Assembly (NCBI GenBank): GCA_964484395.1 | Contig: CAZAFM010000002.1 | Span: 1-42,163, forward strand | Source of the DNA: an uncultured Campylobacterales bacterium | GTDB taxonomy: Bacteria > Campylobacterota > Campylobacteria > Campylobacterales > CAZAFM01 | DNA: 42,163 nt | Reading direction: 5' to 3' | Shown here: positions 19,738 to 26,269 of the stretch, one piece after another | Position numbering within the stretch: the first letter of the stretch is position 1 | Layout of the letters: each line of letters starts with the position of its first letter | Translations under genes and position numbers: made by a program | The notes under the pieces: generated by a model | Told to the model about the DNA's origin: nothing | The model's database searches: none | What the model saw: only the letters and a program-made list of their open reading frames with translations

Positions 19738-20540
19738 TGAGAGAGTTTAAGCCAAAAGATAATGTTCAAAAAAAGTCATACTACACTGATAGGTTTTGGG
19801 TTGCACCAAAGGTTCCTAGAGAGAAGCCAGAAGATAGTGAGGTTTTTAGAAGTAATCTTGAAGAGATAAAGTCAATTGTATCCATAAAAGATGCTTTTAT
19901 AGAGCTTGGAAATCTTGTGCTTATAGTTGAGCACCAAGAGCTTCACTCTTGCATAAAAGCTCTAAAAGAGAGACTAAAATATGATATTCTAACAGAAATG
20001 AGTGCAATTGACTATTTAGCTAAATGTGATGGTTTTGAGCTTTTTTATCAAATGCTAAATATACAAAAAGCAAAGAGAGTAAGAGTTAAGTGCTTTTTGC
20101 CAAAAAATCATGCAGGAGAGAGTGTAAGTGATCTTTTTAGATCTGCTGATTGGGCTGAGCGAGAGTGTTATGATATGTTTGGAATAAGATTCAACAATCA
20201 TCCACATCTAAAGCGAATCCTTATGCCTGATGATTGGGAAGGTCATCCACTACTTAAAAGCTACCCACTTCATGGAGATGATTTTGCTCAGTGGTATGAG
20301 GTGGATAAGATATTTGGAAAAGAGCATAGAGAGCTTATTGGACCAGAAAATAGAGATGGCGCATTAATAGATAGATATGATACGCATAGATTTGCTAGGA
20401 TTGGTCATGAAGTTCCTTTTGGAGAGGATATTAGTGAGGGTGAGCCTGATACTGAGATAAGGTATTATGAGGATAAGAGACCTCCATTACTACCTGATTA
20501 CAAGCCTGAAAACTCAAAACAGCTAAAAGTTAGAAAGTAG
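19737..20540 (+). CDS. nuoC: NADH-quinone oxidoreductase subunit C
   Basis: 267 aa with the [15 protein letters not shown] motif. The start overlaps the nuoB stop (TAATG). Confidence 0.93.
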   Translation: MREFKPKDNVQKKSYYTDRFWVAPKVPREKPEDSEVFRSNLEEIKSIVSIKDAFIELGNLVLIVEHQELHSCIKALKERLKYDILTEMSAIDYLAKCDGFELFYQMLNIQKAKRVRVKCFLPKNHAGESVSDLFRSADWAERECYDMFGIRFNNHPHLKRILMPDDWEGHPLLKSYPLHGDDFAQWYEVDKIFGKEHRELIGPENRDGALIDRYDTHRFARIGHEVPFGEDISEGEPDTEIRYYEDKRPPLLPDYKPENSKQLKVRK

Positions 20541-20548
20541 GGGAGAAT

Positions 20549-21781
20549 ATGCAACAACCAAATAGACTTGAACCCTTTTATGAAAATATAAATTTTGATA
20601 GAGTTGATAACACTATGGTTGTCAACTTCGGTCCTCAACACCCTTCAGCCCATGGTCAGCTAAGACTAATGCTAGAGCTTGAGGGTGAGCAGGTTATAAA
20701 AGCTTATCCAGATATTGGTTATCTTCACAGAGGTATGGAGAAGATGGCTGAAAATATGATTTATAATGAGTTCCTACCTACTACTGATAGGATGGATTAT
20801 ATTGCAGCTAGCTCTAACAACTACGCCTTTGCTTTAGGAGTTGAGAGGTTACTTGGAATAGAAAATGATATACCAAGACGAGCTAAGATAATAAGAACCA
20901 TGCTTTTGGAGCTAAATAGAATAGCATCTCACCTTTTTTGGCTTGCTACTCATGCACTTGATGTTGGGGCTATGAGTGTTTTTCTTTTTTGCTTTAGAGA
21001 GAGGGAGTTTGTGCTTGATCTTATGGAGGACTATTGTGGAGCTAGGCTTACACACTCTGCAGTAAGAATCGGTGGAGTTCCACTAGATCTTCCTGAAGGG
21101 TGGACTAACCAGCTTAGAGACTACTTGGATAAGTTTCCTGAAGCTATTGCTGATTATGAAGGGTTATTAGATCAAAACCGTATCTGGAGAATGAGACTTG
21201 ATGGAGTTGGTATTTTAACTCCTGATGACGCTAAGAACTGGGCGTGTTCGGGTATTATGCTAAGAGGAAGTGGTATTAAGTGGGATATTAGAAAAGAGGA
21301 GCCTTATGAGCTATATGATGAACTTGATTTTGAGGTTCCAGTAACTGATACTTGTGATAGTTATGGTAGATATAAGCTCTACTTAGAAGAGATGAGGCAA
21401 TCTACAGATATTCTCTATCAGCTTTTAGATATGTATAGTGAAAGTGAGCCTGGACTTATGGCACATGCTCCAAAATATATATCAGCTACTAAAGAGGATA
21501 TGATGACTCAAAACTACTCTTTAATGCAACACTTTGTACTTGTTACTCAAGGTATGAGACCACCTATTGGAGAGGTTTATGCACCTACTGAGTCTCCTAA
21601 GGGAGAGCTTGGGTTTTTTATAAGAAGTGAGGGAGAGCCATATCCATATAGGCTAAAAGTTAGAGCACCTAGCTTTTATCACACTGGACTTTTAAACGAC
21701 CTTCTACCAGGACACTATTTGGCTGATGTTGTAACAATTATCGGTACTACAAATATTGTCTTTGGTGAAGTAGATAGATAG
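20549..21781 (+). CDS. nuoD: NADH-quinone oxidoreductase subunit D
   Basis: 410 aa with [17 protein letters not shown] and the C-terminal GEVDR motif. Confidence 0.97.
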   Translation: MQQPNRLEPFYENINFDRVDNTMVVNFGPQHPSAHGQLRLMLELEGEQVIKAYPDIGYLHRGMEKMAENMIYNEFLPTTDRMDYIAASSNNYAFALGVERLLGIENDIPRRAKIIRTMLLELNRIASHLFWLATHALDVGAMSVFLFCFREREFVLDLMEDYCGARLTHSAVRIGGVPLDLPEGWTNQLRDYLDKFPEAIADYEGLLDQNRIWRMRLDGVGILTPDDAKNWACSGIMLRGSGIKWDIRKEEPYELYDELDFEVPVTDTCDSYGRYKLYLEEMRQSTDILYQLLDMYSESEPGLMAHAPKYISATKEDMMTQNYSLMQHFVLVTQGMRPPIGEVYAPTESPKGELGFFIRSEGEPYPYRLKVRAPSFYHTGLLNDLLPGHYLADVVTIIGTTNIVFGEVDR

Positions 21782-21790
21782 GAGTTGATG

Positions 21791-22021
21791 ATGAAAAGGT
21801 TTGATCTTAGACATCTTAAGAGTGATTTTGAAGAGAGAATGAAAGAGCTTTTAAGTCGTGACCTAAAGGACGGTGAAGTTGGTATTTTTATGTTTGAAAT
21901 TGGTGATTTTACGCCTGTGCAAAAAAGTGCTGATACTATCAAAGAGCTAGGTCATGAGCTTCTAAACTCTTTAAAATTCAACGAAGTTGACTGGACTATA
22001 GTTGTAAGGAAGTGCGCTTGA
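21791..22021 (+). CDS. small Cys-poor protein occupying the NuoE position (epsilonproteobacterial NuoE replacement, Cj1575c/HP1264-like by position)
   Basis: The ORF track starts at TTG 21785, followed by tandem ATGs at 21788 and 21791. I chose 21791 for its spacing to the AGGAG at 21780..21784. The product has 76-78 aa and a single Cys (penultimate residue), so it cannot ligate a NuoE-type [2Fe-2S] cluster. It sits between nuoD and the NuoF-position gene. Confidence 0.6.
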   Translation: MKRFDLRHLKSDFEERMKELLSRDLKDGEVGIFMFEIGDFTPVQKSADTIKELGHELLNSLKFNEVDWTIVVRKCA

Positions 22022-24015
22022 GTGCATTTTTGTTTACTGCTTGGAAAGATCAAGTAATAGATAATAGAGGCAAGCCAAAGGAGTCTTGGGAGGAGTGTTC
22101 TTTCAAGCTACCAGCTGACTTTTACGGAGGTACTAAATCTAAAGCCTTTGTAGGTTGGGATGGATTTGCCATTTTTGATGATAGTGTAGATGTTATCAAG
22201 CTCCTAAAAGAGTATGCTCTGCAGTATCAAAACTACTCAGAAGCCTGTGGAAGATGTGCTCCTGGAAGATGGGGTGGACAGGTTTTGCATGATGTGCTTG
22301 ATAAAGTAGCTAGAGGAGAGGGTCAAAGAAGTGATCTTGATCAGCTCAAAAGCTCTTGTAATATGATGAAAGAGACTAGTAAATGCGAGATAGGTAGGAC
22401 TGTTCCTATCTCTATACTTAAAGCTTTGGAGTATTTTAATGATGAATTTGAAAAAGCAATCTCCTCTAAAGCTCCAAGTAGTGGATATGAGAAGGATAGT
22501 AGCTTTTTTAAAGCAAAAGTAACAGCACCTTGTATTGATGCTTGCCCTGCTCATGTTGATATACCAGCATATATTGAGGGTGTGAGGGATTTAAGATATG
22601 ATGACTCTTTGAGGGCAACTAGAAAAACAATGCCTTTAGCTCATACTTGTGGAAGAGTGTGTCCGCATCCTTGTGAGAGTGAGTGTAGACGAGAAAACCT
22701 AGATAGTGCTATTTCTATTATGGAGTTAAAAAGAATTGGGGCTGATTATGAGGATGAGTTTGATAAAAAGTGGCTCCATCCACAAGAACAAAAACCAAGT
22801 AATGGAAAAAAAGTAGCAGTTATAGGTTCAGGTCCTGCTGGTCTAACGGGAGCATATTACTTAGCGCTTGAAGGTGTAGAGTGTGATGTATATGAAGAGC
22901 TTCCAGTTCTAGGTGGTGAAGTAGCAGTTGGAGTTCCAGAATATCGAATGCCTATAGGAAAGTACAATGAAGATATAGAGCTTGTAAAATCAGTTGGTGT
23001 GAACTTTATCACAAATACAAAAGTAGATGCTGAGATGATGAGAGAGCTTGAGAGGAAGTATGATGCAATACTCATAGCCACTGGCACAAGACTGTCTAAA
23101 AAAGTTAGAGCAGAGGGTGAAGACCCAAGCTTGGAGGGCTACTGGCCTGCTATTCCTTTTTTAGATCAGATAAATCTACATGACAAATACGGAATAGGTG
23201 AAGCAGTTGATTTAACCGGAAAAACTATAGTGTGTGTAGGTGGTGGTTTTACATCCATGGATGTTGTTAGATGCTCTATTAGAGCAGGAGCTAAAAGAGT
23301 AGTTATGCTCTATAGAAGAGATGAGAAAACCATCATCAAAAACACCTCTTATGAAGAGTATCATGAAGCTGTAGAAGAGGGTGTTGAGTTTGTTTTTCAG
23401 AGTGCTATAAAAAAGATAAATAGCTCAAATGGAAAGATTGATAGTGTAACTTGTGCAATGTATGAGATGGTCTATCCAGAGGATGGAGGAAGACCTCAGC
23501 TTGTTGAGCTAGAAGGGCATGACTACACTATGGAAGTAGACTTCGTGATACCTGCAGTCTCCCAAGATGCTGATCTCTCTCATATCCCGCAAGAATGGGA
23601 GATAGAGCTAACTAGCTGGAATACAATCAAAACTGATGGAAGAACTTACGCTACAAACAGAGCTGGAATATTTGCAGCAGGTGATTGCGAGTATGGTCCT
23701 ATGACTATTGTAAATGCTGTAGGTCAGGCTAAGAGGGCTGCCTCAGTTATGGCTAGATATCTTCAAAGTGGAGAGCTCACTCTTAGTGATGAAGAGATTA
23801 TGGAAGACAACCTAAGAAAACTCAGAGTTTATGACAAAAATGAAGTAGTTAGAGGATGGCTAAAAGGGCTTTCTAGAGAAGAGAGTGAGAAGCTTGCAGT
23901 AGAGATTAGAAAAGATAATAACCAAGAGGTAAACTTTGGTCTAACAAAAGAGCAAGCCATAGATGAAGCAAATAGATGCATGAGATGCTACTATATTGCG
24001 ATGGTTGAGGTGTAG
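22018..24015 (+). CDS. fusion protein at the NuoF position: NuoF C-terminal-tail-like domain plus GltD/NfnB-like [4Fe-4S]/FAD/NAD(P)H oxidoreductase
   Basis: The ORF track starts at GTG 22012. TTG 22018 has better spacing to the AAGGAAG RBS (22006..22012). The N-terminal region GFAIFDDSVDVIKLLKEYALQYQNYSEACGRCAPGRWGG aligns to the NuoF segment ending in ESCG.C.PCR.G, with the third Cys replaced by Gly. This is followed by CIDACPAHVDIP...CGRVCPHPCESECRR (GltD N-terminal Fe-S domain), VAVIGSGPAGLTGAYYLA (FAD GxGxxG), VCVGGGFTSMDV (second Rossmann fold) and GIFAAGDC. No NuoF FMN/NADH glycine-rich motif is visible. Confidence 0.75.
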   Translation: MSAFLFTAWKDQVIDNRGKPKESWEECSFKLPADFYGGTKSKAFVGWDGFAIFDDSVDVIKLLKEYALQYQNYSEACGRCAPGRWGGQVLHDVLDKVARGEGQRSDLDQLKSSCNMMKETSKCEIGRTVPISILKALEYFNDEFEKAISSKAPSSGYEKDSSFFKAKVTAPCIDACPAHVDIPAYIEGVRDLRYDDSLRATRKTMPLAHTCGRVCPHPCESECRRENLDSAISIMELKRIGADYEDEFDKKWLHPQEQKPSNGKKVAVIGSGPAGLTGAYYLALEGVECDVYEELPVLGGEVAVGVPEYRMPIGKYNEDIELVKSVGVNFITNTKVDAEMMRELERKYDAILIATGTRLSKKVRAEGEDPSLEGYWPAIPFLDQINLHDKYGIGEAVDLTGKTIVCVGGGFTSMDVVRCSIRAGAKRVVMLYRRDEKTIIKNTSYEEYHEAVEEGVEFVFQSAIKKINSSNGKIDSVTCAMYEMVYPEDGGRPQLVELEGHDYTMEVDFVIPAVSQDADLSHIPQEWEIELTSWNTIKTDGRTYATNRAGIFAAGDCEYGPMTIVNAVGQAKRAASVMARYLQSGELTLSDEEIMEDNLRKLRVYDKNEVVRGWLKGLSREESEKLAVEIRKDNNQEVNFGLTKEQAIDEANRCMRCYYIAMVEV

Positions 24016-24016
24016 T

Positions 24017-26269
24017 ATGGAGAAGTTTTCTTTTGTAATAAACAATGAACCTATAGTAGCAACAAAAGGGCAGACTATCCTAGAAGCGGCAAGAGAAGCT
24101 GGAATCTATATACCTACACTATGCTACTTACCAAAGCTAGAGCCTATCTCATCATGTCGATTATGTGTGGTTGAAGTTGAAGGACAAGATGGGTTTGTAC
24201 TTAGCTGTCAAACTCCAGCAATTGAAGGAATAGAGGTTAGGGTAGATAGTGAAGCACTAAAAGAGTATAGGACTCAGATAATGAAGTTTTACTGCATAAA
24301 CCACCCACTTGAATGCGGAGTGTGTGATCAAAGTGGTGAGTGCGGTTTGCAAAATATGACTTTAGAGCTTGGAGTAGATAATCAAGAGTTTATGGCAAAA
24401 GAGAAGAAGAGAGATTTGAGTGATTGGGGGCTTTTGCAGTATGATGAGAGTCTATGTATCTTGTGTGAACGATGTGTTCATACTTGTAATGAGATAATAG
24501 GTGATGATGCTATCAAAATCTCTTATGGTGGCTACTCTTCAAAGATAGTTCCTTATAATGGCGAGAGCTTGGAGTGTAGTGATTGTGGTGAGTGTGCTGA
24601 GGTCTGTCCTGTAGGAGCGATTATTGTCAAAGACTTTCAGTATAGCTCAAATGCGTGGGAGTTAGATAAGATAGATTCAACTTGTGCTCATTGCTCAAAT
24701 GGATGCTATATAGAGTATGAAGTAAAGCAAGAGGGTACACTTAATAAAGATAGTTATAAAATCTACAGAACTGCATCTGATGCAGATTTCTCATATCTCT
24801 GCGGTGCAGGTAGATTTGGCTATGACTTTGAGAATAGAGCCTCTAAAGATAGTTCAGCTTTTAGTAACGCTCTAGAAGCCTTCAAAAAAGCAGATACTAT
24901 AGCCTTTGATAGCTATATCACTAATGAAGAAGCTTTGATTTTACAAAAACTAAAAGAGAAGCTAGGAGTTAAGCTAGTAAACAAAGATGCACTAGCCTAT
25001 CAAAACTTCTTAAAAGAGTTTAGCTTAAAATCTAAAAAAAGCCTATATGATGGGGATTTAGAAGATATAAAAAGATCAGGTCTAGTAGTTCAAGTAGGTT
25101 CAAGAAGTAGGGATAATCACCCTGGAATTAGATACGCTATAAATGAAGCTATAAAAAAGCAAGGAGCCCTCTTTGTTGATTGTCACCCAGTAGAAGATAC
25201 TGAGATAGAGAAGTCACTGCATATCAAATATGAAGCAGGTTGCGAAGAAGCCCTCATAGCACTTATTGCAAAAGCAGTAGTTTCAAAAGATAGTAGCACT
25301 CAGAGCTTTTTTGACGCACTTGATGTTGGATATTTGCAGGCTGAAGCCAATATATCTGAAAAAGAGATAGAAAGAGTAGAAAAAGAGTATAAAAAAAGAA
25401 CTCACAAAACCCTAATAATAGGCTCTGACCTCTACACTCACAAAAGATCAAAAAACATAGCCAAACTAGTAGGTCTTATAGAAGCAAATAGTGACTTTAA
25501 AGTAATACTAATACCAACCTCTACTAACACTCTTGGAGTATCATTAATATGTGATTTAGACAAAGAAGAGGGAAGCTATACTGTAGGTTATAATGTAGAA
25601 GGAGACTTCAAACTCTCCTCTTTAGGAGATGGTGAGCTTGATATGCCAGCTCTAAATCAACAAGAGGGAACATTTACTAATATAGACAAAAGAGTAGTAA
25701 AACTAAACCCCGCCCTACCATATAGTGGATATGAGCTAAATGATATAGCAAAAGCTCTAGGTTTAACTAACAAACACACTATAGATTATACAAAAGAGCT
25801 TCCAGAAGCTAAGGGGTATAAATCTATAGAGTTTGACCAACTTCCTAACTCATTTTTAAATAATGGAAAAGAGGATAGAGGATATCTACTACAAAACATA
25901 GATTGCCCAAGTGAAGAAAACTCCTCAATAGAGCCAATAGAAGAGCTAGAAGAGTATAATGGAACAATTATATATCTATCAAACCCAATACTGCAGTTTA
26001 ATAGATATACGGCAAAGGCTAGTACACTTAAAGGCGGTGGTGATATACTAAGAGCCTCAAAACAGTTTATGGTAGCTGCAAAACTTCAGAGTGAAGGAGT
26101 TGTAAGACTTGAAGGTGAAGGTGTAAAAAGAGAGATAAGGTTAGAGGTTGATGACTCTTTAAAAGGAACTATCGCTCTTTTTCCACATTTTGATGATCCA
26201 AGTTTAGATGGAGAGTATAAGTACAAAAGAGTAGAAATTACAAATTTATCGGTGGGTAGAGATGAGTAA
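24017..26269 (+). CDS. nuoG: NADH-quinone oxidoreductase subunit G paralog 1
   Basis: I prefer the ATG at 24017 (MEKFSFVINNEP), 1 nt after the upstream stop, over the TTG at 23996. It has a [2Fe-2S] motif (CYLPKLEPISSCRLCVVEV...C), the His-ligated cluster motif NHPLECGVCDQSGEC, CILCERCVHTC, CSDCGECAEVCPVGA and CAHCSNGC...C (N7-like). A molybdopterin-oxidoreductase-like C-terminal half follows. Confidence 0.85.
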   Translation: MEKFSFVINNEPIVATKGQTILEAAREAGIYIPTLCYLPKLEPISSCRLCVVEVEGQDGFVLSCQTPAIEGIEVRVDSEALKEYRTQIMKFYCINHPLECGVCDQSGECGLQNMTLELGVDNQEFMAKEKKRDLSDWGLLQYDESLCILCERCVHTCNEIIGDDAIKISYGGYSSKIVPYNGESLECSDCGECAEVCPVGAIIVKDFQYSSNAWELDKIDSTCAHCSNGCYIEYEVKQEGTLNKDSYKIYRTASDADFSYLCGAGRFGYDFENRASKDSSAFSNALEAFKKADTIAFDSYITNEEALILQKLKEKLGVKLVNKDALAYQNFLKEFSLKSKKSLYDGDLEDIKRSGLVVQVGSRSRDNHPGIRYAINEAIKKQGALFVDCHPVEDTEIEKSLHIKYEAGCEEALIALIAKAVVSKDSSTQSFFDALDVGYLQAEANISEKEIERVEKEYKKRTHKTLIIGSDLYTHKRSKNIAKLVGLIEANSDFKVILIPTSTNTLGVSLICDLDKEEGSYTVGYNVEGDFKLSSLGDGELDMPALNQQEGTFTNIDKRVVKLNPALPYSGYELNDIAKALGLTNKHTIDYTKELPEAKGYKSIEFDQLPNSFLNNGKEDRGYLLQNIDCPSEENSSIEPIEELEEYNGTIIYLSNPILQFNRYTAKASTLKGGGDILRASKQFMVAAKLQSEGVVRLEGEGVKREIRLEVDDSLKGTIALFPHFDDPSLDGEYKYKRVEITNLSVGRDE
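24800..25048 (+). repeat. 249-bp block, 100% identical to 27108..27356
   Basis: I compared the two copies base by base. The block is in frame in both nuoG paralogs and encodes CGAGRFGYDFENRASKDSS...SLKSKKSLY. The flanking sequence is diverged on both sides. Confidence 0.95.
25404..26023 (+). repeat. 620-bp block identical to 27862..28481 except for one synonymous mismatch
   Basis: I compared the two copies base by base at an offset of 2458 nt. The only difference I found is 26005 A versus 28463 G (AGA versus AGG, both Arg). The block is in frame in both paralogs (KTLIIGSDLYTHKRSK...NRYTAKAS). Confidence 0.93.

Noticed and set aside
23996-24016. The TTG at 23996, given by the ORF track as the nuoG1 start.
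   Set aside because: It would overlap the upstream gene by 20 nt. The ATG at 24017 follows the upstream stop after a single nucleotide. It gives the N-terminus MEKFSFVINNEP, which parallels MSKVTIHIDGRP in paralog 2.
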